Position numbers and translations under genes: made by a program. This document shows positions 30,520 through 45,221 of a stretch of 64,000 bases of DNA, one piece after another. Each line of letters opens with the position of its first letter. Within the stretch, counting starts at the first letter, position 1. The stretch is taken from positions 25,854,001 through 25,918,000 of the forward strand of contig OZ024750.1 of the NCBI GenBank assembly GCA_964016885.1. Reading direction: 5' to 3'. This DNA comes from Eledone cirrhosa. Lineage: Eukaryota. Under the pieces are notes generated by a model. The model saw only the letters and a program-made list of their open reading frames with translations, did no database searches and had not been told where the DNA came from.

Positions 30520-32620
30520 AGGACTAGAATAGATCCATCCAAAGAAATCATCAGATAAAATACAACATTTGTTTTATAAATAATGATATACCCATGGAAA
30601 TCACACCTGATCGGTCCGAAATTCGCTGGATAGTGGAAACTTACTAGGGGTAATTCAAAGTTATGTGTGAATATGCAAATGGAATATATGAAAAAGTGAA
30701 AAAACAACCGTTTATTTCAATTACGCTGGGGGAGGATGAGAAGAAAGAGAGAGCGAAAAAGTTACTGTTATGAGATATATAGAGAAATAGAGCGAAGAGA
30801 GAAATTTAACAGAGGATGAACTTATATAACGTAAATAAGTCTTAAGTTTATATTAAAATTACGTATATTTGGTAATTATTTTGTTGTTAGAATTCTAATA
30901 TAATACAATATAATATTAAGTTTTATAGGTATAAAGAAAAATAGATATATAGAAAAAGTAAATATATATAAAAATATAAAAATATATATATATATATAAG
31001 AATATATATCTATATATATATAAGAATATATATAGATATATGAATAGAGGAATAGATATATGAGTGTATATATGAGTATACTCTGTTATAGATAATTCTT
31101 TTAATAAGCTATGAGGGATACTGGTTTATATTTATATTTAGTGTAAGTAATTAAATTAACTGTGTTAATATGAATATTTATATGTTTTTAATATTTTAAA
31201 TTGGGAAGATAGTGAAAATCCCAATTTTGTTTATTTATTAGTTAGTATGAGACAATTTTGACGAAGATATATTTAGCCAGAATTAGTTATTGGTTATAAC
31301 CCTAATATTAATATTATGTTTACAAGAACTAAATAAATTCATACGTATACTAATAGAGTTCTTACATTTAAGTAAGAAGAAAATTTCCTCAACACACAAT
31401 TTGCAAAATCTAGATAAAGCTGTGTTCCTGTAGGCAGGTGCTATTGAAATTACATCCCAAGTTAAAGAATAGTCTGTAGTTTTAGATTTTAAGTTCCATA
31501 TCAGGTTTGATATAGAAGATGAAGATTTTTTACCAATATTATTAAACAAGCATTTGTGATTATTGAAACGGGATTTGAAGTCTGTAGAAGTAGAACCTAT
31601 ATAGTTAAATATATGATCATTAGTTTTGACAGAGCATTTATAGACGACGTTTTTATCTAAGCATTTATTTTTTAAAGGACAGCTTGGTATAATTCTACAA
31701 TTACATTTAGCAGAGTTGATGTTATTCGGAACAGTATTATTAAGTTGGATATTGCTAGAGGTATTAGTGCTATTTTGGTTATGGTTTATATTTCTATTAT
31801 TGATTCTATTTAAATTTTGTGCTAAGTTCATAGTAGTAGAGTAAGATAGTTTTATTGTATGTCTGTTAAAGATTGACTGGTATCTATGGGTTTTGGGAAA
31901 ACATTTATCTAGAGCCTTAAAAATAGTTTAGCTAAAGGTGTTTTAAGACTTAGTGAAAATGGAGGTGCATACCAGATTATATTTCTAGTTCTATTCCTTC
32001 TATTAGTATTAGAGTTTATTTTAGGTTTCTTATTATAATTATAATTAATATTATGGTGATTTGCCTTATCATTGTTTTCGATGTATTTAATTTTATTTAT
32101 AGAGCCTGCTCTACTTAAAGCTTAATTATAATATTCTGCCTTATCGTCTAATATGTTTTTATTCGCAGAGATTCGAGAAATACGTTGTTGTACAGAATTT
32201 ACAATAGTGTTCTTAATTGATCTAGGATGATTAGAGTTGAAGCTTACATAGTTTAAGTTCTCATTAATTTTATGGAATGGATAGTAGAGCCCTGTATTAA
32301 GGTTTAATGTTACGTCTAAAAAGTTAACAATTTTGTAGTTATTCTCTATTTCTAACTTAAGATCGAAGCTATTAAAAAATTGTATTATTGATTTTATTTT
32401 TCTATTTATATCGGAATTACTATTATTTTTCTATATATCTATTTTTTCTATATATCTATTTTTATTTATACCTATAAAACTTAATATTATATTGTATTAT
32501 ATTAGAATTCTAACAACAAAATAATTACCAAATATACGTAATTTAATATAAACTTAAGACTTATTTACGTTATATGAGTTCATCCTCTGTTAAATTTCTC
32601 TATATATCTCATAACAGTAA
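30520..32620 (-). mobile_element. 5'-truncated Penelope-like retroelement (RT end + GIY-YIG) with inverted pLTR piece
   Basis: ORF 31283-31831 has CNCR..CPL..CL..NVVY..YIG.T..FKSRF.NH..CKLC.EE; upstream VNFLDVTLNL/YPFHK; 32425-32620 is an inverted copy of 30760-30960. Confidence 0.88.
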
Positions 32621-32920
32621 TTTTATAGCCATGTGAGTATAATGAACACTTCATTCTTGCTCCTGTGTTGGCATGCGGACAGAACTGCAGACACTGATGT
32701 TTCTGCGTATCACTCTTCATCAGTACAGCCCAATGTTCTCCTGCAAAACCGTCAGAGCCAGTGAAAAGATATGCTATTTTCAAAAATACACAGTGACTCA
32801 TCGGCCTGATTTGCATATCAGCAGACTGGGTGATCAGTTTCCTGTATACGAGCGATAAATGGCCGGCTTCGCCAAATTTAAATAAAAGAGAAAATTTATA
32901 TATACAAATATATACATAAC

Positions 32921-35101
32921 GCGTGAGCTTAAGAAAGAGCAAGGCTCGGCCCCGGAGAACAATCTATGACTGGGGAGCTTTCAAGGAAGATGATAAGCTA
33001 CAGGAGAGGTTCACAGTGGAAGTGAGAAACAGGTTTAGTGCTCCGTGTGGAGAGTCAGAGGAGAGAGAGATTGGATGGACTGAGGAGAGTGTGACGAGGA
33101 GGTACGGGCACTTCACCAATGCAGTGGCGAAAGCAAGTGAAACCCTGGTGCCGAGGAAAAAGAACAAAGGGAAGCACGTCAGCTCTGCAAACCCAAAAGT
33201 GTGTGCAGCCAGAGAACACCTGAAAGCTGCCAGGGACCAATTCTATGCTGATCCTACGGAGGAGAGGATGGAGACTGTGGAGGTGATGAGGGAAGAGCTC
33301 TGTACCGCTTACACTGAGGTCAGAGAGGAGGCACTGATAGAGAAGATCAGAAGTGTGGAGAGAGCGGTTGACAGATCTGGATGTAAGGAGAGCTGGATGA
33401 TCATCAACGAGATCACAGGGAGGAAGAAAAAGTGTTCGAGTCAGATCCAGGGAACGGGGCCCGAGGATAGGAAGAGGAAATGGCTAGACCATTTTAGGAC
33501 CCTACTAGGAGAGCCAGCCTCCACAGCCCAGAGCACTGGGGAGATCAGGCGGCTGTTTGAGGAACTGGATGTTGAGACAGAGCCCTTCACCAGAGAGGAG
33601 CTTCAGAGAGCCAAGAAGAAGATCAAGGAGGGCAAGGCTCATGGAGAAGATGGAGTGGCATCAGAGGTGATGAAGAGGTGTGATTTTGATGATATCATCC
33701 TGGGGTTCTGTAACGGGGCACTGGAGAAAGGAGTTGCCCCGAATCAGTGGATGATCAGTAACATCGTCCCAGTGCCAAAGAAGGGAGATCTCTCTAACAC
33801 CAACAACTACCGGGGGATCTCACTGACGTCACTTGTGGCAAAAACCCTCAACAGGATGATTCTTAACAGGATCCAGCCTGAGATGGAGAAGAAGCTCAGG
33901 GACAACCAGAACGGCTTCAGAGAGGGTAGATCAACCACCAGTCACATCCTGATGCTGAGGAGGATATTAGAGGGAGCTAGAGCAAAGTGCCTTCCTGCGG
34001 TCATGGTTTTCATTGACTTTAGGAAGGCCTTTGATTCTGTGGACCGTTACTGCCTGATGAAGATCTTACAGGCTTATGGAATCCCCAAGAGGATAGTGGA
34101 CCTGATATCACTGCTCTACACCAACACCAAAGCCCAAGTCATTACACCTGATGGGATGACAGAGTTCTTTGAGATACTGGCTGGAGTGCTCCAGGGAGAT
34201 ACATTGGCTCCCTACCTTTTTATCATCGTAGTGGACTATTGTATGCGCCTTGCACTGGAGAAACACCAGGACACTGGCTTTACTGTAACACCGGCTCAGA
34301 GCAGGAGAGTTGGGGCGAAAAAGGTATCGGATGCTGAATTTGCCGACGACATAGTTTTGGTGACAAATACAGTGAAGGAGGCAGAGGATTTGATGCGGGA
34401 GGTTGAGACTGTGTTGATGAGTGTGGGGCTGAGAATGAATGAGACTAAAACAAAATATCTGGTAGAGAATGTTGAGAAGCCAGAGGGGATCACTAATGTA
34501 GGCGGGAAACCGCTGGAATTGGTTGAGGACTTCCTGTATTTGGGAGCAAAGATTGGGAATACGGAAGATGATGTGGTTGAGAGGAAGAGCAAGGCCTGGG
34601 CGTCGTGTCACAGCTTGAGATCGGTGTGGAAGTTGGACCTTCGTAGAGACCTGAAAATCCGCCTCTTCATTGCTGTAGTGGAGTCTGTGCTGCTGTATGG
34701 GTCTGAGACTTGGACACTGACCAAGAGACTCACTCAGATGGTGGATGGGTGCTACACGAGAATGCTGAGGATGGCTCTGAACATTAATCAGTATACACTG
34801 AGGATGAAAAACTCAGAGCTGTATGGGAGCATCCCAAAAGTCAGCTCAAAAGTGACACAGAGGAGACTGAGGTTGGCTGGACATGCTCACCGACATCCAG
34901 AGTTGACATTGCACTCAGTGCTCCTTTGGGAGCCCCTACATGGACACACTAGAAGAGGAAGACCAAGGTTAACATATGTTGATGCCCTAAGGACAGACAC
35001 TGGTCTGTTGGAGATGCAGGATATGGCAGCGATGATGAGGGACAGAGACCGCTGGAGAGAACTCGTCCATGGATCTCGGGAATTTTACCCGCCTTAGATA
35101 G
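32921..35101 (+). mobile_element. 5'-truncated RTE-clade LINE with uninterrupted 724-codon RT ORF and 13-bp TSD
   Basis: PVPKKGD, NYRGISL, FIDFRKAFDSV, QGDTLAPYLF, FADD, LLYGSETW; TSD atatatacataac at 32908-32920 and 35102-35114; short TAGA tail. Confidence 0.97.
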
Positions 35102-35308
35102 ATATATACATAACAAAGCCCGCAGCTCCATTCTCCTTCGGTGTCTCCTCTCCCTCTCTCTCTGTCCCTCTTTCAATCTACTCTCTTACCACCACTATCT
35201 CTTTCTCTCTATCTTTCACTCTCTCTTGTGTGTGTGGGTGCGTGGTGGGTGCAGGTGTGCGTGTGCATGTGTGTGTGTGTGAGTGAATGTGAGTATGTGT
35301 GTGAGTGT

Positions 35309-35347
<39 letters not shown>

Positions 35348-35358
35348 CGCGCGCACGC

Positions 35359-35446
<88 letters not shown>

Positions 35447-35482
35447 ATGATGTTTAATATAGAAATCTCATATATATTTCAG

Positions 35483-35614
35483 AATGCCGAAGAGGAAAGT
35501 TTGGTGTTAATTGTAAAGGGACATGCCATTGTATCAACACAAACTGTGACAAGCGAAATGGAAGTTGTTCAGATGGATGTTCTGCAGGTTATGTTGGTGA
35601 CAATTGCCAAGAAA
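35483..35614 (+). CDS. EGF-like exon 11: ECRRGKFGVNCKGTCHCINTNCDKRNGSCSDGCSAGYVGDNCQE
   Basis: 132 nt; paralog of exon 7 with an in-frame 3-nt deletion. Confidence 0.85.
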
Positions 35615-35793
35615 GTATATCATAAACATGTTACATAATTACTATAATTACTATATACACACACACACACATATATATATGGGTATGCGTGTGTTTGTGT
35701 GTGTTTGTCTGTGTGGGGGGTGCGGGTTTGTATGTGCATGAGTTTGTGTGTGTAAATATGATGTTTAATATAGAAATCTTATTTATATTTCAG

Positions 35794-35925
35794 ATTGCCC
35801 GGTAGGATGGTTTGGTGTTAATTGTAAAGGGACATGCCATTGTAACGACAACATTAACTGTGAAAGGCTTTATGGAACATGTTCAGATGGATGTGCTGCA
35901 GGTTATATTGGTGACAATTGCCAAG
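35794..35925 (+). CDS. EGF-like exon 12: xCPVGWFGVNCKGTCHCNDNINCERLYGTCSDGCAAGYIGDNCQ
   Basis: 132 nt; paralog of exon 8. Confidence 0.88.
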
Positions 35926-36100
35926 GTACATTATAAAGTTGTTACATAATTACTATAATAACTATATACACACACATATATATGTGTGTGCGTGGGCGTT
36001 TGTGTGTGTGGTTATGTGGTGGGTGCAGGTTTGTGCGTGCATGTGTTTGTGTGTGTGTGTAAATATGATGTTTAATATAGAAATCTTATATATATTTCAG

Positions 36101-36235
36101 AATGCCCAGTAGGATGGTTTGGTGTTAATTGTAAATGGACATGCAATTGTAACGACAACACAAACTGTGAAAGGCTTTATGGAATATGTTCAGATGGATG
36201 TACTGCAGGTTATGTTGGTGACAATTGCCAAGAAG
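36101..36235 (+). CDS. EGF-like exon 13: ECPVGWFGVNCKWTCNCNDNTNCERLYGICSDGCTAGYVGDNCQE
   Basis: 135 nt, AG/GT intact. Confidence 0.88.
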
Positions 36236-36262
36236 GTATATCTTAAACTTGTTAGGTATTTA

Positions 36263-36320
<58 letters not shown>

Positions 36321-36519
36321 TAGACACATACACTCACCCATACACACACATGCATACACTCTCTCACACACACACACATACACATACACACACATACACA
36401 CGCACACACTTACACATATATATGTATATATTTGCGTGTGTATGTGTGAGATTGTGTGTGTGTGCATGTGATTGTGTGTGTGTGTGTGGAAATATGATGT
36501 TTAATATAGAAATCGCTTC

Positions 36520-37125
36520 TACAGGACTAGAATAGATCCATCCAAAGAAATCATCAGATAAAATACAACATTTGTTTTATAAATAATGATATACCCATGG
36601 AAATCACACCTGATCGGTCCGAAATTTGCTGGATAGTGGAAACTTATTAGGGGTAATTCAAAGTTATGTGTGAATATGCAAATGGAATATATGAAAAAGT
36701 GAAAAAACAACCGTTTATTTCAATTACGCTGGGGGAGGATGAGAAGAAAGAGAGAGCGAAAAAGTTACTGTTATGAGATATATAGGGAAATAGAGAGAGG
36801 AGAGAAATTTAACAGAGGATGAACTTATATAACGTAAATAAGTCTTAAGTTTATATTAAAGTTACGTATATTTGGTAATTATTTTGTTGTTAGAATTCTA
36901 ATATAATACATGCACACATAACTTTGAATTACCCCTAATAAGTTTCCACTATCCAGCAAAATTCGGACCGATCAGGTGTGATTTCCATGGGTATGTCATT
37001 ATTTATAAAACAAATGTTGTATTTTATCTGATGAAAGTGCACCAAGAATTGCTTGGTCGTCCTTGAAATATCTATAACAAAATAAATATGGTTTTATAAA
37101 TATAGTTTCCATTTATTATTATCTG
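36520..37125. mobile_element. pLTR fold-back remnant related to the 30520 element
   Basis: 36551-36675 is inverted at 36911-37033; CTGATGA..GAAA..AATAAA at 37028-37086. Confidence 0.7.
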
Positions 37126-37231
<106 letters not shown>

Positions 37232-37232
37232 C

Positions 37233-37274
<42 letters not shown>

Positions 37275-37358
37275 ATAAATATATATATATATGCAAATAT
37301 ATATGTATATATTATATATACACACACACACATATATATATATATATATTATATATAT

Positions 37359-37588
<230 letters not shown>

Positions 37589-37760
37589 CAAGAATGAAGT
37601 GTTCATTCTACTGACATGGCTATAAAATTGAGGCCTGTTTACATAATTGCAAACGAATCGAATGTTATTATTAATATTCGAAAACCTCAGATTTCATTTA
37701 TATGCATATATATATATATATATATAATTTTATCTTGAGATTCTATAGACATGTTTTATG

Positions 37761-37813
<53 letters not shown>

Positions 37814-37899
37814 ATGAAAAATTGAACAGGGACAGAACAGAGAGGCAGTACGATAAATGTTTATTAAATTCACGCTCAGGAAAAAACTCAGATTACATT

Positions 37900-37991
<92 letters not shown>

Positions 37992-38075
37992 AATGTAATC
38001 TGAAAAAACTCAGATTACATTTATACACATATATATATATATGTATATAAATGTAATCTGAAAATCTCAGATTAC

Positions 38076-38114
<39 letters not shown>

Positions 38115-38313
38115 AATGTAACCTGAGTTTTTTCGAATATTAATAACATTCGATTCGCTTGCAATTATGCAAACAAGCCTGAATTTTATAGTCATGTCAG
38201 TAGAATGAACACTTCATTCTTGCTCCTGTGTTGGCATGCGAACAGAACTGCAAACCCTAATGTTTCTGGGTATCACCCTTCATCAGTACATCCCACTGTT
38301 ATCTTGGTATATT

Positions 38314-38398
<85 letters not shown>

Positions 38399-38399
38399 T

Positions 38400-39600
38400 T
38401 AAAAGTTAATATAGGGACGTTATTTTATTTACGGTTGTTAAAAAAACAATATACAACTAAATAGGATAAACAAAAATATAATTGAATTCTTTAAAAATTA
38501 CGACCTTAAACAAGAGGTAGAAAGTGGTACCAAAATAGTTAATTTCCTTGATATTACCCTTAACTTAAACTCTGGTTTTTATTACCCTTTCCATAAGCCC
38601 AATGAGAACTTAAATTACGTTAGTTATTACTCTAATCACCCTAAATTTGTGAAAAACGCAATTGTAAATTGTGTACAAAAACGCATAAATAGAATATCTG
38701 CCAATGATTCAATATTTTATGAAAAACCAGGATATTACAATAATGCGCTCAGAAAGGCAGGTTTTAAAAATAATATAGAATATATAGACAGTAATAATCC
38801 GAGTCTTATTCCTGATAAAAATAATGGCATATATAAACGAAATTCTAAAAATTCTAATAATTGTAATTCAAGCACCTGTACTGTGAATAAATCGGGGAAA
38901 AGAACCAGAACTAAATCAGTTATATGGTTTGCCCCCCCCCCCCCCCGCTTCTGTAGCAGTAAGAACACCAATAGTTAATCTATTTTTTAAAGCTTTAGAT
39001 AGTTCATTCCCTAGTCAACATAAATACCACTCCATATTTAATAGACACACAATTAAACTGTCTTATTTTACAACTATGAATATGGCCCAAATCATCGCTA
39101 AACTAAACAGTCTAATTCTATACCAAAATCAACATAATGCTATTAATAATAGTGTTAATATAAATAATAATAAATCAAAATGTAATTGTAGAAATAAACC
39201 GGATTGCCCTCTGCAAAATAATTGTCTGGATAGAAATTGTCTGGTATAAATGCACCGTAAAAACAAATAACAACACATACAACTACATAGGAGCAATTTC
39301 TTCGACATTTAAAACGAGATTTGCGAATCACAAATGCTCATTTTCGAATTTTAATAGGTAGGAAGTCTTCGATTCTTTATCACAACTTATATGGTCATTA
39401 AAAGACAAAAATTTAAAATACTCCATCTTTTGGACGAAGCTTTGTAATAGTAAAATATATACGAACTCATCTATATCAATTAACTGCAACCTCTGCACAA
39501 AGGAGACCCAATAATGACCTATTATGAAAACTTAACAAAAAAAGTGAATTATTTTCAAACTACCTTCATAAAGCTTTGTCTACATTCCAAGCCTCGCAAA
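38400..39600 (+). mobile_element. Degenerate Penelope-like element (RT end + GIY-YIG), related to the 30520 element
   Basis: VNFLDITLNL, YPFHKPNENL.YV...SNHP, IWFAPP, IFNRHTIKLSY, CNCR..CPL, YNYIG; frameshifts. Confidence 0.88.
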
Positions 39601-41587
39601 AAGACAGGAAAAAACATTAAACAATCAGGCCTTAATTTCTGACGTCTCTTATCAACTATTGGGCCTAAAAAGTCATAACGGTCTATAAAACTTTAATAAT
39701 GTTTTATGTTCTAATCATTTATGATAGAATTAATGTTAGAATGAAGGATACTCTTTTGATAATTTTGTTTACTTGATAAATATGCATACCTTATGATTTT
39801 TTGGATATTTATAATTTTGATTCAGATCTTTATTTATCTGCCTCTGTTTTAAATATATAATTTGGATATTTAACTTGTAAATTTATTGATTGTAATTGAA
39901 CTGTGGATCATTCATGCGTTTGCATATTTTACATATTTTACTCATTTTGAGTATGTTTTTGGGGACTCAGAAAGATAGATTTGCATTTTTTTTTTTTTTT
40001 AAATCTAGGTATAAATATAACAAACCATAATAGTCGACAAATATTTGTCTCTCTCTCCACCGAACTGGAGGTAAAACTACAATTATAGCATTACTAATAA
40101 TGATTATAATTATTTTTTTATTAAATGTATACCGTTTCATTAATACCTATAATAATATCTCTATATAGTTGTACAAATATCTTTATCTAGTGTAATAACA
40201 TACTCGTAGTTACATTTATAAATAATTTAGACACTCAAAGGTCTATATATTTTTATAAGTGTTTAATATTCCCTGGAAGTTCGAATTTATATAATGATTT
40301 TTACTTAATATAATATAATTTAATTTAACTTATTTTATTTTAATTAAATTTAGATTATCTTCGGCTTTTTCAAATATTTAGCTCCTCTTTCTATCACATT
40401 CGGTAAAATATTTTAGATGTACCTTTTGTCTACTATATTAAAACCTTATTACATTTATAATACATTTTTAATATTGGGCATCTTTAAGTTTCGCAAACAA
40501 TTCATTTTCTTTTATTTGTATATTTATTTCGTATCTAGCCCCTATCATTAAGACTCATATAGTTTTGACTTATATGTTTATTGTATATATCAACTAAATG
40601 AAAATAATTGATATAAAACATTAATTATTTAGCAATTTTTTTAACAATATTTTTTAACTATATATAATTTTGAACAATATTTTCAGTAACTTATTTACTA
40701 TATTGTATTATTGTATTATATTATATATATTTGAAAGGTATCACCTCAATTGTAAACAAATAATAAACTATAATCCTTGTATATTTTTTTATCAACACAT
40801 ATATATAATTAAAATTCAGACCTCTTTAAGTTTAGTTATAAGGCCGGTTGATCCTTTATGCACTCAATCTATTTAACAATAAATTCTTTAATAATTATAA
40901 CTATAATTATTTTATAAATTATATTATATAAACTGTTGTCAATATTATAAATAATTTTGGTAAATATTACCTTCGTGAGGGTATAAAAGCATTATATATA
41001 TTTTTTCTCGTGTTTCGTAAATCCTTTAAATTTGTTTTCATAAAATTTGAATCTTAGAAATTAAACATAATTATAATATGAATACAAATACCTATTAACT
41101 TTTAAAACCTAAAATATTATTCATTACTCTGAAATAACTTAAATGAAATATTTTGAATATTAACCGCCAAAATTTATTATGAGAAATGAAATTTCGTTTT
41201 ATTTTTTCCGTTTATCGTATTCGGTACCCCGGCCGATTAACTCACTCGATATGCAAATTAGGCTGCTCAGCCGTTACTATGCATAAGGAAAGTTTATAAT
41301 TTGGCAGGAAGGTATACGTTGCTGACGATAACTAATAAGCTTGAAACAAGTACATCGTCCTTTGTCAGTGTTGAAAAAATGAGCAACGATGGTTGCGAGA
41401 CACTGTACGGCTTAATTCGGGATGTTTGTTTACAAACACACTGAGCATTACAATAAATGTTCGGTGAATCCATACGTACATATAAATATGTGTGCATGTA
41501 TGTATATATACATACTACTGTACGTATATATACATATATGTATGTACGTATAAATACTTATATATATACACACACACACACACACAT

Positions 41588-41682
<95 letters not shown>

Positions 41683-41795
41683 AAGAATGAAGTGTTCGTT
41701 CTACTGACATGGCTATAAAATTGAGGGCTGTTTGCATAATTGCAAACGAATCGAATGTTATTATTAATATTCGAAAACTTCAGATTACATTTATA

Positions 41796-41855
<60 letters not shown>

Positions 41856-42355
41856 AATGCAATCTGAATTTTTTCGATTACTAATAACATTCGATTCGCT
41901 TGCAATTATGCAAACAAGCCTGAATTTTATAGCCATGTCAGTAGAATGAACACTTCATTCTTGCACCTGTGTTGGCATGCGAACAGAACTGCAGACACTA
42001 ATGTTTCTGGGTATCACCCTTCATCAGTACAACCCACTGTTCTCTTGCAAAATGATCAGAGCCAGTGAAAAGATATGCTATTTTCAAAAATAGACAATGG
42101 CTCATCGGCCTGATTTGCATATTAGCAGACTGGCTAATATATACCAATATATACACAAGAAACCCTGCAGCTCCATACTCCTTCGCTGTCTCCTCTCCCT
42201 CTCTCTATGTACATCTTTCAATCTACTCTCTTACAACTACTATCTCTTTCTCTCTATGTTTCACGCTCCCGTGTGTGTGTAGGTGCAGGTGTGCGCGTGT
42301 AGCTGTGTTGTATGTAAATATGATGTTTAATGTAGAAATCTCATATATATTTCAG

Positions 42356-42490
42356 AATGCCGAATAGGAAAGTTTGGTGTTAATTGTAATGGGACATGCC
42401 ATTGTATCAACAACACAAACTGCAACAAGCGAAATGGAAGTTGTTCAGATGAATCTTCTGCAGGTTATGTTGGTGACAATTGCCCAGAAG
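42356..42490 (+). pseudogene. Dead EGF-like exon (donor GT>GG, 7th Cys lost)
   Basis: ECRIGKFGVNCNGTCHCINNTNCNKRNGSCSDESSAGYVGDNCPE followed by |ggatat instead of |gtatat. Confidence 0.8.
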
Positions 42491-42669
42491 GGATATCATA
42501 AACATGTTACATAATTACTATAATTACTATATACACACACACACATATATATATATGTGTATGCGTGTGTTTGTGTGTGTTTGTCTGTGTGGGGGGTGCG
42601 GGTTTGTATGTGCATGAGTTTGTGTGTGTAAATATGATGTTTAATATAGAAATCTTATATATATTTCAG

Positions 42670-42801
42670 AATGCCCGGTAGGAAAGTTTGGTGTTAATTG
42701 TAAAGGAAAATGCCATTGTAACGACAACATTAACTGTGAAGGGCTTTATGGAAGATGTTCAGATGGATGTACTGCAGGTTATACTGGTGACAATTGCCAA
42801 G
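42670..42801 (+). CDS. EGF-like exon 14 (last): ECPVGKFGVNCKGKCHCNDNINCEGLYGRCSDGCTAGYTGDNCQ
   Basis: 132 nt, AG/GT intact. Confidence 0.88.
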
Positions 42802-42900
42802 GTACATTATAAACTTGTTACATAATTACTATAATTACTATATACACACACGTATTTACTACACGCGTATTTACTACACACACACACACAGACACACACA

Positions 42901-42942
<42 letters not shown>

Positions 42943-43949
42943 TGCACACACTCACACACACACAAACTCACTCATATATATGTATATTTTTGCGTGTGTA
43001 TGTGAGTGTGTGTGTGTGTGTGCATGTGTTTGTGTGTTTGATGTTTAATATAGAAATCGCTTCTACTGGACTAGAATAGTTTCAGCCAAAGAAATCATCA
43101 GGAAACGGCTTTTCTGATGATTACGTTTGAATGAAATAGTCCTAATAGTTGTAAATATATATATATATATACATTTATTTAGGTTTGTTGGTTCACCACT
43201 GGATAGAACTAGTCTTTCCGTATGATCAACCTCGATGTAATATTATGGTGAGCACTCGACGTAATGCAACTCAACTGTCTTCGTTTGTGTAGTTGGTGGT
43301 GCGAGTACGGAGTTAATTATTATAGAATAACAGGAGGCTGGGCTGGTGTAATTCATTGAAATGTTTATTATACTATGACCATTTCAATGACAGGGTTCAG
43401 TATGAATCCGGTGACATCATCAGGTATTCAGAATATAACAAAGGAATATAATAGACATGAGGACGACCGAACATTCAGCAGCTTCTACCTCGGTCGACCG
43501 CCCCCAATTGTTTCTATACAGATGAGAGACGTGTATTTACGCTTAAACAATGAATCAATGTGTTAGAATTAATAATTTATGTCCGATGTTAGTACGTTAG
43601 CATAGCAAATTGCATTACTAATGATTTAGAATAGTGATACTTTTACTATTATGAGTGTGAATTGCCGCTGTTGAAAGATGTAGTGAACAATTAAGTGATT
43701 ATAATAGACTTAAACATGCTTAAGTTCAATTATATCATATCATATATATAAACGCAAGCCTCTCCGAGATATTACCATAACAAGCACGTTAGAGGTGTAA
43801 TATCTTAGACGGTTAACGTGTTTCTACATCCTCCAATGCATATAGTCGTAAATATACACAGATACATAGGATAGGTGTACATGCACACATGGTAATACGA
43901 GGTACGTAATTTAGTTAGTACCAGTCATAAGACACAACTCCGTATTCAC

Positions 43950-45008
43950 ACGCCGTAGTGCATTTTGATAGAATTCTTTACATTTCCGGAAATATTCGTT
44001 GTCCGACCATATCTTAAAGAAGGGGAAAATTGTGAATTTTCCCTTCCCGCATGATGCGAAGTGTTCACTGCATGTGGTGTTTCTGACAGAGGGATCTCCA
44101 ATTTATTTTTTATGGACCCGAACCCTATCATGTAGACCCGTTCTCAAATGTAGTATTCTTCACGTTGTGGGCAAGTCACACAATAAATTAAGGTTTTTGT
44201 TTTGCAATTCACGCTTGCCTTAAATTTGAAAATGTCATTGTTTCAAGAGGAGATTTACCCTCTCTCTTCAATGAATAAACAAGTTCCGTATCACGGGTTC
44301 CCGCATTTCTTAACTTGCATTGATTCATTGTCAGAGGTAAATTTCGCCTTAATAAACAGTATTTTTAAAGTTAGGTGCTTGGCGTCTACTATATAGTATT
44401 TGTGAGTCTTTTATGAGTGCTTTCATTTTGGAGGACTGCTTGAGAATCGGGAGATATTGTTTAGCGTCTTTCACGATGTTGAAGTTCCATGGATTGTAAG
44501 TGACGATAAAAGGGATAACTGCTTTTTCCCTTTTATTTTGTAGGTTTAAGGAGCTCTTTTAGTTCATATTATCTTTTTTCCTATAGTGTAGTTTTGTTAC
44601 TATGGCGCAAATGCGTTTTGTCATATTAAAGGGAATGTTCCTTTTGGTATGTGAGTGGTGTGCTGACAGGAAATTCAAGTACTGGTGTGTGTCTGTTCGT
44701 TTGTAAAATAGGTCTGTTTTTATATTTTCCCCTTCTTTAATGATAGTGATATCCCAAAACGGTCGTTCCTTTTGTTCCCTTTTGTCTTGCTTCTTGAAGC
44801 CTGTTTATGATGAAATGGAATCTTTGGAGGTCTCCTTGGCTTCTATTAAAGAAGATGAAGCAGTCGTCTAGGTGACATTTCCAGTTGTTATTAATGTAGG
44901 TGGCAAAGTCGTGACTGAAAGCTTCTTGCAGCTGGGAATATAATTTTACCTCTAGGTGACCCAAGACGAGTGTTACATATGTTGGGGCTACTTTGGTGCC
45001 CATGGGTG
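43950..45008 (-). mobile_element. Degenerate Penelope-like element, probably Neptune-type
   Basis: MGTKVAPTY..L.LG.LE, W..LDDCFI RT motifs; YKRTDTHQYL.F.S.H; Cys linker KCGNP..GTC; RVRVHK..SEHFASC endonuclease end. Confidence 0.8.
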
Positions 45009-45085
45009 TTTCTTTTGTGTATGTATGTATATATATATTCCTGCGATTGTCTGTTTTTTCTTTTTTGTTTTCTGTTATTCCGAAC

Positions 45086-45116
<31 letters not shown>

Positions 45117-45130
45117 TTACCTTTGAACAG

Positions 45131-45221
45131 AAATACCCAGACTACATTCCGCTTATGTCGTGATGATTTTGTTGGTCCCACTTCTGTTGCTTGGAAGTGT
45201 GAGTGCAGTGATCATTTACAG
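45131..45221 (+). CDS. Transmembrane exon: EIPRLHSAYVVMILLVPLLLLGSVSAVIIY(R/S)
   Basis: ttttacctttgaacag| acceptor and |gtatgt donor; phase-1 entry matches the EGF exons; ~22-residue hydrophobic run; phase-2 exit. Confidence 0.85.

Larger units (their letters stand above)
29234..30601. repeat. Local ~690-bp tandem duplication of exon 9 with flanks
   Basis: Junction ...catggaaat|acataattac at ~29924. Confidence 0.92.
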
